A stretch of 64,000 bases of DNA from Candidatus Bathyarchaeia archaeon (GCA_038883715.1 JAVZLS010000002.1:37223-101222), one strand, 5' to 3'. Counted from the first letter of the stretch, positions 17,175 through 25,579 are shown. Notes: a model not told the origin generated them from the letters alone. Translations and numbers: made by a program.

Positions 17175-17969
17175 CTAAATCAGCCCCCTAGACTTTAGGA
17201 TTTCAATAATCCTCGTGGTTATCTCGTCTGGGTTTCCCTTGAGGAATTCCGCCTGCTTCTCCACTGGCGGGACATAAAGCTTCTCTATCTTAAGCCATGA
17301 GCCAGCCTCGCCCACATCGTTTTCGCTCAAGCCTATGTCCGCCAACCCCATAACTTTGACCTCTTTCTGCATAGCCTTACGAATTCCCATAATGGAGACA
17401 TAACGTGGCTCATTTATGCCCGTCTGAACAGCAAAAAGAGCTGGCAACCTAACTTCTAGGCGTTCTTCTAAGCCTCCCTCAAGCTCTCGGTTAACGATGG
17501 CTTTCCCATCGCTGAACTCAATCTTCTTAACCATAGTGGCGTGTGGAATGCCGAGCAGCTCGGCTAGGACTGGCCCGACAACGGCACTTCCATCGTCGCC
17601 AGCCTGAGCCCCTGTGAGAATTAGGTTGAAGTGGAGGTTTTTGATTACGCTGTAAAGGATTTTCGCAGTGGCATAGGCATCTGAGCCGGCAAATTTCGGG
17701 TCTGTTAGGCGTAGGGCCTTGTCGGCGCCGCGGGCAAGGCATTTTCGCAGCGTGCTTTCAGAGTCTTCTGGTCCAACGGTTATGGCGGTGACTGTTCCGC
17801 CGAACTTCTCTTTTATGCGCACAGCCTCTTCCAGCGCGTAGTCGTCCCACTCGTTAATATCGTAGACCAAACCAGCCTTTTCTATGCCTTTACCAGTCGC
17901 GTCAATTTTGAGTTCCGCTTCTGCTGTTTCTGGAACATGCTTAACACAAACAATAATGTCCAATCGCAT
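17175..17969 (-). CDS. etfB: Electron transfer flavoprotein beta subunit
   Basis: The homologous part starts at MRLDIIVCVKHVPE (ATG at 17969, preceded by AGGAGAG). The 116-codon ORF-track extension to 18317 is Cys/Arg/Leu-rich junk and overlaps the divergent gene at 18116. Confidence 0.9.
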   Translation of the reverse strand: MRLDIIVCVKHVPETAEAELKIDATGKGIEKAGLVYDINEWDDYALEEAVRIKEKFGGTVTAITVGPEDSESTLRKCLARGADKALRLTDPKFAGSDAYATAKILYSVIKNLHFNLILTGAQAGDDGSAVVGPVLAELLGIPHATMVKKIEFSDGKAIVNRELEGGLEERLEVRLPALFAVQTGINEPRYVSIMGIRKAMQKEVKVMGLADIGLSENDVGEAGSWLKIEKLYVPPVEKQAEFLKGNPDEITTRIIEILKSRGLI

Positions 17970-18115
17970 TTCTCTCCTAAACCAATTTTGAAATGTGTTG
18001 TACAAACCGTTACCATATATTTTTTGCCCGACTCCGCATACCAATTTAATGTTAAACTCTGCCTTATCCAGCAAAGTCTTTATCAAACGAAAACTGTAAT
18101 GGAAACGGAGAAAAC

Positions 18116-18946
18116 ATGAAAAAAGAGATCGACTGGCTGCCAATACTAATCCAGTGCAAAGACAACGTGAAGAAGCGGATAACCCCACTTTTAAAGACTG
18201 CACGTAAACAACAGCAACCAAACCTCGGCATCGGGGCTGGCGGCGACCCAATAAAACAGATCGACATGGAGGCGGAAAAAGCCATAGTGGAAACCATTGT
18301 TGGACAAGGCATATCATTCACTTTGATAAGCGAGGAGTCCGGCATAAGGAAATACGGAGAAAACCCAAATGTAAATTATGTGACAGCAGACCCAATAGAT
18401 GGAACAACAAACCTAACGAGGGGCATACCATTCTACGCAACATCCATAGCGGTGTCAAAAAAGCCAGAACTGAACGCTGTTCACACGGCATTGGTGGCGG
18501 ACCTCTTCCACGGCACAACATACACCGCCAAGAAAGATGAAGGAGCATATCGTGACAATGAGAAGATAGTTCCATCAAAACAGACAAGCTTGGAAGACGC
18601 AGTAATGGGCATAGACCTAAACACTTACAAGGCACGTGAAATCGCCCCAAAACTAACAAGCCTAATTGAAAAGACGAAGCACATACGCCATCTAGGAGCC
18701 AACGCCCTAGAACTGTGCTACGTAGCTGACGGAACAACAGACGCCTTCATAGACATCCGCGGAAAACTTAGAACAACAGACACGGCGGCTGCATGGCTAA
18801 TAATAAGGGAGGCTGGAGCACTAATCACAACGCCAGACGGGAAGCCTTTAAACGCCAAATTGGACCCAAGGGAAAGGCTGACCTTTGTGGCTTCCGCCAA
18901 CCCACAAATCCACGGAAAAATTTTAAGTCTAATGAAAAAGGGTTGA
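18116..18946 (+). CDS. Inositol monophosphatase / fructose-1,6-bisphosphatase family protein
   Basis: IMPase motifs EESG, DPIDGTTN and a later DG..D pattern. A GGAG lies 6 nt upstream of the ATG. Confidence 0.85.
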   Translation: MKKEIDWLPILIQCKDNVKKRITPLLKTARKQQQPNLGIGAGGDPIKQIDMEAEKAIVETIVGQGISFTLISEESGIRKYGENPNVNYVTADPIDGTTNLTRGIPFYATSIAVSKKPELNAVHTALVADLFHGTTYTAKKDEGAYRDNEKIVPSKQTSLEDAVMGIDLNTYKAREIAPKLTSLIEKTKHIRHLGANALELCYVADGTTDAFIDIRGKLRTTDTAAAWLIIREAGALITTPDGKPLNAKLDPRERLTFVASANPQIHGKILSLMKKG

Positions 18947-18955
18947 AGCAGACCG

Positions 18956-19804
18956 ATGATAATGCCTTTAATGCCCCACCCCGCTGCCCTCGTAAAGACT
19001 AAGGAAACAAGAGTGTTGGTTGTGGCGGATTTACACATAGGATGGGAAATAGCCCTATCAGAAAAGGGCATACATGTCCCCACACAAATGCCAAAACTCC
19101 TGCAAAATCTGAAGACTCTCATAAGCTTGTATAAGCCGGAAAAACTTCTAATAGTAGGCGATGTTAAACATACGGTGGCAACAGCAGAAATAAGCGAGTG
19201 GCACGACGTCCCAGACTTCTTCACAGAACTAAAACCGCTCGTCCAAGAAATAGAGGTAATCCGGGGAAACCACGATGGAAACCTCGACCCATTACTTCCG
19301 GAGGGCATAAAAACCCTTCCATCCTCTGGCACAGTCATAGGTGATGTGGGCTTTTTCCACGGTCATCGCTGGCCATCACCAGCACTTTTAAAGTGCAAAA
19401 CCCTTGTAATGGGACACGTGCACCCAGTTGTGGGGTTTCGTGACCCAGTTGGCTTTAGAATAACTAGGCAAGTTTGGGTTAAGGCAAACTGCAACAAAGA
19501 ACAGTTAACAAGGATTTTGCTGGAAAAGAATAAAATAAAAATTGAGAACAACCCGCAAGAAACACTACTCAAACATTACAGAGTTAAGCCCAGAACCTCC
19601 CAACTTTTCATAATGCCATCCTTCAACGAGTATTTAGGAGGAAAACCATTAAACGAGAAAAACTCTGGCGCAGAAGGGGAAAAGGGCGAAAAAATTGTTG
19701 GACCAATATTGAGAACGGATGCGGTTGACTTAGAAAATGCGGAAATCTACCTCTTGGACGGAACATTTCTTGGAGCTTTAAGCCAGCTTAAAGCATTAGC
19801 ATAG
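18956..19804 (+). CDS. Calcineurin-like metallophosphoesterase (archaeal SbcD-related/ICC-like)
   Basis: The motif series is VADLHIG, GDVKH, GNHD, GHRW and GHVHP. Confidence 0.8.
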   Translation: MIMPLMPHPAALVKTKETRVLVVADLHIGWEIALSEKGIHVPTQMPKLLQNLKTLISLYKPEKLLIVGDVKHTVATAEISEWHDVPDFFTELKPLVQEIEVIRGNHDGNLDPLLPEGIKTLPSSGTVIGDVGFFHGHRWPSPALLKCKTLVMGHVHPVVGFRDPVGFRITRQVWVKANCNKEQLTRILLEKNKIKIENNPQETLLKHYRVKPRTSQLFIMPSFNEYLGGKPLNEKNSGAEGEKGEKIVGPILRTDAVDLENAEIYLLDGTFLGALSQLKALA

Positions 19805-19853
19805 CGTAAAGATTTTATAGATTGAGGTTTTCAACACTAAACTGGGTGGAAGA

Positions 19854-20450
19854 ATGCCTTCTGAAGAAGATTTTCCAGAATGGTTTAGGAGGAGACGCTT
19901 CCCATTCTTCGGAAGCTGGTTCTTTGAGGACGTAGACAGAATGTTCAGAGAAATGGAAAGATGGATGGAAGAAGAATTCAAAGAGTTCACCTCCAGAATT
20001 CCGAGAGACTATGTTAGGGAGCGCAAACTACCAGACGGCTCAACAATAAGGGAGTGGGGACCCTTCGTTTATGGCTATAGCATAAAAATAGGACCGGACG
20101 GCAAACCAGAAATCAGAGAGTTTGGAAATGTCAAGCCAACTCGCCTTGGACCAAAAGTTAAGGAGGAACGCGAACCACTAGTGGACATAGTTGAGACAGA
20201 CAACGAAATCCACGTTGTGGCTGAACTACCCGGCGTTGAAAAAGAGGACATCAAGCTTCACGGCACAGAAGACACATTAACAATAAGCGTAGACACGCCC
20301 CAACGCAAATACTATAAGGAGTTGACTCTTCCAGCAAAGGTCAATGTGAAAGAGGTGAAAACCCAGTATAAGAACGGAGTTTTAGAGGTCAAGCTTCCAA
20401 AGATAAAGGAAGAGAAGAAGCCGAAAGGTGAGCCGATAAAAATCGAATAG
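19854..20450 (+). CDS. Small heat shock protein, Hsp20/alpha-crystallin family
   Basis: The alpha-crystallin domain reads DIVETDNEIHVVAELPGVEKEDIKL...YKNGVLEVKLPK. Confidence 0.9.
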   Translation: MPSEEDFPEWFRRRRFPFFGSWFFEDVDRMFREMERWMEEEFKEFTSRIPRDYVRERKLPDGSTIREWGPFVYGYSIKIGPDGKPEIREFGNVKPTRLGPKVKEEREPLVDIVETDNEIHVVAELPGVEKEDIKLHGTEDTLTISVDTPQRKYYKELTLPAKVNVKEVKTQYKNGVLEVKLPKIKEEKKPKGEPIKIE

Positions 20451-20483
20451 AAAAGCAAGCAACATGTCAAAGCTTGTGCTTTC

Positions 20484-20894
20484 ATGAGCGAAGACTCCGA
20501 AAGTGACATCCTTGATGCCATATGCAAAGAAGTTAAGGCAGAAGGCAAGCTAACAGGGAAAAATCTCACAAGGCTCTATGAGGCATTTGGGCAACGCTTC
20601 ACAAAGGCATTCGAAGCCCTAAAAGAGAACAGAGTGAAAAAGTACACCTTCAAGCCCAGCGGAAAAGTTGTCTGGGTTGTCGTTGGCAAAGAACGCGACT
20701 ACTTGATAATGCCAGACGCTGAGTTCTGCACATGCGACGACTTCTACTTCCGAGTTCTAGACAGAAAAATCCACCTATGCTATCATTTGATAGCCCAGAA
20801 AATAGCTAACATCCTCGAATGGTACGAGAAAATAGAGGAACACGACGAATTATACGAGCCTTTAATGAGGGAGTGGAAGAAACCAACTCCTTAA
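20484..20894 (+). CDS. SWIM zinc-finger protein
   Basis: The CxC...CxH SWIM signature is CTCDDFYFRVLDRKIHLCYH. Confidence 0.75.
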   Translation: MSEDSESDILDAICKEVKAEGKLTGKNLTRLYEAFGQRFTKAFEALKENRVKKYTFKPSGKVVWVVVGKERDYLIMPDAEFCTCDDFYFRVLDRKIHLCYHLIAQKIANILEWYEKIEEHDELYEPLMREWKKPTP

Positions 20895-20937
20895 ATACCA
20901 CAATTTAGAATTAAGAAAGTACATAAAAGGGATTTAC

Positions 20938-21054
20938 ATGGATATTGGAGCATACTTTGAAACCCTCAAATATGTTCTGATGACAACAACATTCGTTGTC
21001 CTAGTCCTAATATTCCTACACATATTCTACGGAAGAGAAGAAAAGAAAAGCTGA
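20938..21054 (+). CDS. Possible 38-aa single-pass membrane micro-protein
   Basis: Hand translation gives MDIGAYFETLKYVLMTTTFVVLVLIFLHIFYGREEKKS-stop. The ORF fills an otherwise empty 174-nt gap but has no clear RBS or promoter. It is below the ORF-track length cutoff. Confidence 0.2.
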   Translation: MDIGAYFETLKYVLMTTTFVVLVLIFLHIFYGREEKKS

Positions 21055-21068
21055 ACAAAAAGTCTATC

Positions 21069-21362
21069 TCAACTTCTCCTTCGCCAAAACACAAGGAACA
21101 GCACAACGCTTAAAATTCCAAGAATTATGGCAAACAAAACGAGCCATATAGCTGCTGGACCAGCACCAAAAACTATGGGGATAGGTCCTACAATTATGAA
21201 TCCGCCAAAACTGCTTGTGCCTTCACCAAAAAGCAGTGCGGCAACTACCGTTATTATAATGCCTACCAATATTATGAAAAAGCCTATAAAGAATAGTATT
21301 ATAAAGCGTTTAACCCATCTGTTTTCTGCGTTTTCTTCGCTTTCATCTTCTTTTGATGCCAT
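21069..21362 (-). CDS. Small archaeal membrane protein, DUF131/TIGR00304-like (paralog B)
   Basis: Has two TM helices flanking GGFIIVGPIPIVFGAGP. Forms a tandem paralog pair with 21369..21641. Confidence 0.55.
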   Translation of the reverse strand: MASKEDESEENAENRWVKRFIILFFIGFFIILVGIIITVVAALLFGEGTSSFGGFIIVGPIPIVFGAGPAAIWLVLFAIILGILSVVLFLVFWRRRS

Positions 21363-21368
21363 CCAATT

Positions 21369-21641
21369 TCACCTACCCAAAAAATAAAGCACTATAAAAA
21401 CTATGAAGAGAAGCACTGTGAGGGCTATCGAAAGCCACAAAACAGTCCTGACAGACTCCTTATCGCTGCCGAAGACTATTGGAAGAGGGCCGATAATTAA
21501 TGCTCCACCACCCCGCGCTCTCCCACTCTTTATGCTTGAAAGGAAAAGTAGAACAAAAGCCGCGAGGACAACTATAACGCCTATGAAAATTATGATGATG
21601 CCCAACTCGTAAAGCAAACCAGCATCCAGCGTCAAAGCCAT
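21369..21641 (-). CDS. Small archaeal membrane protein, DUF131/TIGR00304-like (paralog A)
   Basis: Same layout as 21069..21362, with GGALIIGPLPIVFGSDK. Confidence 0.55.
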   Translation of the reverse strand: MALTLDAGLLYELGIIIIFIGVIVVLAAFVLLFLSSIKSGRARGGGALIIGPLPIVFGSDKESVRTVLWLSIALTVLLFIVFIVLYFLGR

Positions 21642-21685
21642 CCTTTATCTAATCCAGCTTTAACATCGCAGACTTTTAAGCATTT

Positions 21686-22957
21686 TTAAATGGAGAACGG
21701 GAGAAAGTAAACAAGCAAGGCTGTTGCAAAAGTCGCTATGAAGGATGGAATCACATACTTGTAAACCTTGCCCAGAGGACTCTTGAAGTAGTCAGCCGTA
21801 AAAACGAAACAGAGATGAGTAGGCGAAATGGTATAGCCAAGATAAGCACTAATATATAGAAGCGCAGCGGTTTTCGGCGAAAAAGCCAAAACTCCTGTTA
21901 AAATTGGCACACTTACGGCTACTGCACCGTGCGGAGAGCCTATGAGAAAACCCAAAACCGCTGGAATTAATGTTAGCAGTATAACTGTGTCCACGCTTCC
22001 ATTAGCAACAAACCGCTTGAAAACATCAGAAACTCCAGCAGCAACAATCACATTGCGAAGCAGAAAAGCTCCATAAACAGCCAAAGTCACCCCATAAATT
22101 CCCCAATCCCTAAGCGGTTTCGCCAGCACTTTGAAGTTTAGACGGGAAATCACGGCTAAAACCACTAACCCCGCAAAAGTCGCTATTAGAACATCAAACC
22201 CTAACCGAGACAAACCATAACTTAAAGCGCCTATAAAAACAGCCACAACAATAGTTGCCATTATAGGAGTGAACGAAATAAGGAAACGCTTAAACTCCGA
22301 ACCATTGTCACTTACTACTTTTTCGGATTCCTCCATGTTTCTTACGATTGAAACTTTCCAGAAACCCACCAAAAAGCCAACAATAACCATAACCGTAACC
22401 GTTGGAATTTGAAGCAAAATAATAGAAAATAGGGATACTCCAGTTAAGGCAGCCGTCACTATCAGCACCTGGCTTAACGGGTAAACAGGAAAAATCGTGT
22501 GCCTAAACCACAAATTCACATAAGCCTTCCGCTCCGCCTTCAATTTCAACTTTTCAGCCTCCGAATCCACTATGGGAGCCGACATCAAAGCCCCACCAGC
22601 CACCTGAAGGAAACCTATCACGGCTGGAAGCACACTTAAGACAATCTTTGGATTCTTAACAAGGCGGCTCAAGCTCTCGCTTAATTTTGTGATTTCCCCC
22701 GTCTCCTTGTAAAGTTGGCTCAACCACATTATACCAAAAGTCGTAAAAATAACCGATATCGCAAGGAGCCCCTCACTTTTTAAGGGATTAACGGTTGCGT
22801 AGGCTATACTTGGAAAGCTCTGCCAATCAAGCGAAAGCAAAGCCAAAAGAACAGCTGTTGCGTTTAAGGTTATCCCCAAATTAACACGCCTATAAAGCAA
22901 AACGCCAAGAAAGCAAAAGGAAACAACCACAGAGGTCAACGGGTCCAGCAGTCCCAA
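21686..22957 (-). CDS. Polytopic membrane protein, putative permease (DUF401-like?)
   Basis: 423 aa with 10 or more hydrophobic segments. The family assignment is tentative. Confidence 0.45.
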   Translation of the reverse strand: MGLLDPLTSVVVSFCFLGVLLYRRVNLGITLNATAVLLALLSLDWQSFPSIAYATVNPLKSEGLLAISVIFTTFGIMWLSQLYKETGEITKLSESLSRLVKNPKIVLSVLPAVIGFLQVAGGALMSAPIVDSEAEKLKLKAERKAYVNLWFRHTIFPVYPLSQVLIVTAALTGVSLFSIILLQIPTVTVMVIVGFLVGFWKVSIVRNMEESEKVVSDNGSEFKRFLISFTPIMATIVVAVFIGALSYGLSRLGFDVLIATFAGLVVLAVISRLNFKVLAKPLRDWGIYGVTLAVYGAFLLRNVIVAAGVSDVFKRFVANGSVDTVILLTLIPAVLGFLIGSPHGAVAVSVPILTGVLAFSPKTAALLYISAYLGYTISPTHLCFVFTADYFKSPLGKVYKYVIPSFIATFATALLVYFLPFSI

Positions 22958-23046
22958 ATCAAGGCATCCCTTTCAAACATTTAAAAACCAAAATATACGC
23001 CAAACACTTAATCCTTTCCATAAAACACCACACAAAATGTGGTCGC

Positions 23047-23463
23047 ATGAAAAGAAAAGCTTTCATCTCCGGACCAATCCAAGGCATGGAAACAAAACAA
23101 TCCTACAGAGAAACCATAAGACGCATCTGCACCCGCTGTGGATACGAACCAATCGACCCGTGGCAACGCGAAAAAATAATTTACAAAGGCACAGAAAACG
23201 GCTGGTGGCAAAAAGTTCCAGCAGCAGACTTCATAAAAAGAGATTTAGAAGATATAGAAAAATGCGATATCCTAATCGCCTACATGCCAAAACTATCAGC
23301 CGGAACATGCATGGAACTCTTCCACGCAAAAATGAAGGGGAAGAAAACTATATGCATATGCAAAATCAAAAACCCAAGCCCATGGATAACCACTCACTCA
23401 GACATCATCCTCAAAGATATCAAACAACTTGAACAAGCATTAAAAGCCATAAACCCTTATTAA
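23047..23463 (+). CDS. Nucleoside 2-deoxyribosyltransferase-like protein
   Basis: The pattern is KAFISGPI...DPW...D...I.KCDILIAYMP...SAGTCMELFHAKMKGKK, resembling the NDT-fold family. Confidence 0.55.
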   Translation: MKRKAFISGPIQGMETKQSYRETIRRICTRCGYEPIDPWQREKIIYKGTENGWWQKVPAADFIKRDLEDIEKCDILIAYMPKLSAGTCMELFHAKMKGKKTICICKIKNPSPWITTHSDIILKDIKQLEQALKAINPY

Positions 23464-23477
23464 CACAGCTCTGAAGC

Positions 23478-24377
23478 TTAAAGCTTCAATGCAGCCCTAA
23501 GCCTAGCCGACCTAGCCCTAGGATTTTCCTCAACCTCCTCCTTAGATGGCCTAACAGGCTTTTTCGTCAAAATTTTAACAGCACCTTCTTTGTCTTTCTG
23601 TCTCAGAAAATTTTTTACAATACGATCTTCCAAGGAATGAAAGGAAATAACCACAAGCCTACCCCCCTTATCCAATATGTCAAGAGCTTGAGGCAAAGCC
23701 TTCGCCAAATTCTGCAACTCATTGTTCACAGCTATTCTCAAAGCCTGAAATGTCTTAGTGGCAAAATGAATCCGCCCCCTATGATACCAAGAAGGCGTCG
23801 CCTTCTCAACAGCCATAACCAAATCCACAGTAGTCCTCAACGGCCTAGACCGCACAATTTCTTCGGCTATCCTCCGCGCAAACCGCTCTTGCCCATAAAC
23901 CCTTAAAATCTTCACAATATCCCTCAAACTCCAAAGATTCACTATGACTTCAGCAGTCAACGGATTTTCTGGGTTATACCGCATATCAAGAGGCTCATTC
24001 CGGAGAAAAGAAAAACCTCGACCACTCCCCTCTAAATGCCAGCTTGACAAACCCAAATCAAACAAAACCCCAGAAACACGCCTAAAGGCATACCTATCAA
24101 CCATATCGCCCAAATTGGCAAAGTTACCGCAAACGAGGATTAGACGTTTTTCGTAATCGGTGCCTTCAACTCTCCTCTTAAGCCTCTCCAAAATTACAGG
24201 GTCAGCGTCCAGCCCCAAAACTCTACCGGAAGGCCCCGTCCGCTCCAAAACAGCCAAAGCATGACCACCCAAACCCACAGTACAATCAACAAAATCCTCA
24301 CCAGGCTTAGGATCAAGAAAAAGAATAACCTCGTCCTTCATAACTGGCAAGTGCAACCCTAGACACCACAATCCCAC
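23478..24377 (-). CDS. rsmH: 16S rRNA (cytosine-N4)-methyltransferase RsmH/MraW
   Basis: Diagnostic motifs are HLPVM, DCTVGLGGHA, DLGLSSWHLE..RGFSF, PLDMRY, HFATKTFQALRIAVNNEL and ISFHSLEDRIVK. Uses a GTG start. Confidence 0.9.
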   Translation of the reverse strand: MGLWCLGLHLPVMKDEVILFLDPKPGEDFVDCTVGLGGHALAVLERTGPSGRVLGLDADPVILERLKRRVEGTDYEKRLILVCGNFANLGDMVDRYAFRRVSGVLFDLGLSSWHLEGSGRGFSFLRNEPLDMRYNPENPLTAEVIVNLWSLRDIVKILRVYGQERFARRIAEEIVRSRPLRTTVDLVMAVEKATPSWYHRGRIHFATKTFQALRIAVNNELQNLAKALPQALDILDKGGRLVVISFHSLEDRIVKNFLRQKDKEGAVKILTKKPVRPSKEEVEENPRARSARLRAALKL

Positions 24378-24437
24378 ATAGATTTCGAAGCAACACGCAT
24401 AAGTAAAAGCCGCATTTTATTTTAAAATTTACGAAAG

Positions 24438-24512
24438 TGCGGCCGCCGGGATTTGAACCCGGGTCGTCAGCGTGGCAGGCTGATGTCCTAGTCCAGGCTA
24501 GACTACGGCCGC
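24438..24512 (-). tRNA. tRNA-Gly (anticodon GCC), no intron, CCA not encoded
   Basis: The hand-folded cloverleaf has acceptor stem GCGGCCG/CGGCCGC, anticodon stem TCAGC/GCTGA with loop CTGCCAC, T arm CCGGG-TTCAAAT-CCCGG and discriminator A. Confidence 0.9.
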
Positions 24513-24564
24513 CTCGATAATTTCTGGTTATCCTCTTATCCACGTTTTCCTAAAAAGCGTTATG

Positions 24565-24655
24565 TTCTGTGTTGTTAATAGCAAATGTCAATTTTGTGTT
24601 GGGTGGGAGACTGCAAAATTGATAGCCCCCTCTAGTTTTCTGTGTTGCTTTATAG
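24565..24655. repeat. Direct repeats flanking an 8-bp inverted repeat in a divergent intergenic region
   Basis: The direct repeats are TTCTGTGTTGTTAATAG (24565..24581) and TTCTGTGTTGCTTTATAG (24638..24655). They flank CAATTTTG (24589..24596) and CAAAATTG (24614..24621). Confidence 0.5.
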
Positions 24656-24691
24656 TCAAGTTTTTATTGCTTGTTGGCTTTTGTGTTTTTG

Positions 24692-25579
24692 ATGTTTGGT
24701 AAGGAGTTTTTTGTTAGTCGTTATCGGTTGTTGGGTTGGGAGTTTAGGGATGTTGCGCCAAAACAGGCCATTAGGGTTAATGCCATGAATGTTAAGGGCG
24801 TCAATATTTTGGAGAGGCTTAGGGGTTTGGGGGTTGAGCTTGAGGAAATCCCGTTTCTTCGTGGTGGTTACTGGGTTACGCGTTCAGATTTTTCTGTCGG
24901 CGCCACTGTGGAGTATCTTTTGGGCTATTATTCCATACAGGAGGCTGCGGCTCAAATCCCAGCAACATTGTTCACAGATTTAAGGAGCAAGACTGTTTTA
25001 GATGCTTGTGCCGCTCCAGGCGGCAAGACTGTTCAGTTGGCGGATTTGATGGGGAACACTGGCGTCATTGTGGCTTTGGATGTTGATGGACGGAGGCTCA
25101 ATGCCTTACAAAATCAGTTGGAGCGTTGCCGTGTGAAAAACACCATTGTTTATCGGCTGGATGCCCGAAAAACTTCAAAGCTGGGTTTGAAGTTTGATAG
25201 AATATTGCTTGATGTGCCATGTTCTGGCAACTTCGCCACCGACAAAGGCTGGTTTAGGCGGAGAACGCTGGCTGATGTTAAGAGAAACGCTAGGCTTCAA
25301 AGGGAGATGCTCGCTGAAGCCGCCAAGGTTCTAAAGGAAGACGGGGAAATAGTTTATGCCACATGCTCCCTAGAGCCGGAAGAAGACGAACTGAACATTG
25401 ACTGGGCTGTGAAGAATCTAGGCCTTGAAACTGTAGAGATAGAATGCTACGGAGAGGAGGCGCCAACAGAAATCTTCGGCAAAAAACTAGATGATTCCGT
25501 TGGGAATTGTCGCCGCATATGGCCTGGTGAAACCCAAGGCTTTTTTTCATGCAAACTTAAAAAGCGCAAACATGGGTGA
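24692..25579 (+). CDS. NOL1/NOP2/Sun-family RNA (cytosine-C5)-methyltransferase
   Basis: SAM-binding motif DACAAPGGKT, plus DRILLDVPCSG and YATCSLEPEEDE, which carry the catalytic Cys motifs. The ATG at 24692 was chosen over the upstream TTG. Confidence 0.85.
   Translation: MFGKEFFVSRYRLLGWEFRDVAPKQAIRVNAMNVKGVNILERLRGLGVELEEIPFLRGGYWVTRSDFSVGATVEYLLGYYSIQEAAAQIPATLFTDLRSKTVLDACAAPGGKTVQLADLMGNTGVIVALDVDGRRLNALQNQLERCRVKNTIVYRLDARKTSKLGLKFDRILLDVPCSGNFATDKGWFRRRTLADVKRNARLQREMLAEAAKVLKEDGEIVYATCSLEPEEDELNIDWAVKNLGLETVEIECYGEEAPTEIFGKKLDDSVGNCRRIWPGETQGFFSCKLKKRKHG

Noticed and set aside
17983-18005. 8-bp palindrome TTGTACAA and a nearby CAATTTTG in the etfB/IMPase divergent spacer as a FadR-type operator
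   Set aside because: The motifs are too short to distinguish from chance in AT-rich spacer DNA. I found no second copy upstream of the other genes in the cluster.
17970-18317. 116-codon N-terminal extension of the etfB ORF in the six-frame track (MICLVQQWFPLWLFPPPCRS...)
   Set aside because: The extension is Cys/Arg/Leu-rich and has no resemblance to ETF. It overlaps the divergent IMPase gene at 18116. The homologous part begins at the ATG at 17969, which has an AGGAGAG RBS.
18718-19338. 206-aa minus-strand ORF, together with the 139-aa ORF at 18318..18737
   Set aside because: Both are antisense to the IMPase and metallophosphoesterase genes, which have clear family motifs. They have no motifs and biased composition.
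23037-23432. 131-aa alternative-frame ORF, highly basic (many R, K, H and N residues)
   Set aside because: It overlaps, in a different frame, the 138-aa ORF that shows a nucleoside-deoxyribosyltransferase-like pattern. It is low-complexity.
24380-24700. Possible integrated mobile element at tRNA-Gly (a common integration site)
   Set aside because: No integrase, transposase or phage-like gene lies on either side. I also saw no direct repeat of the tRNA 3' half in the nearby sequence.
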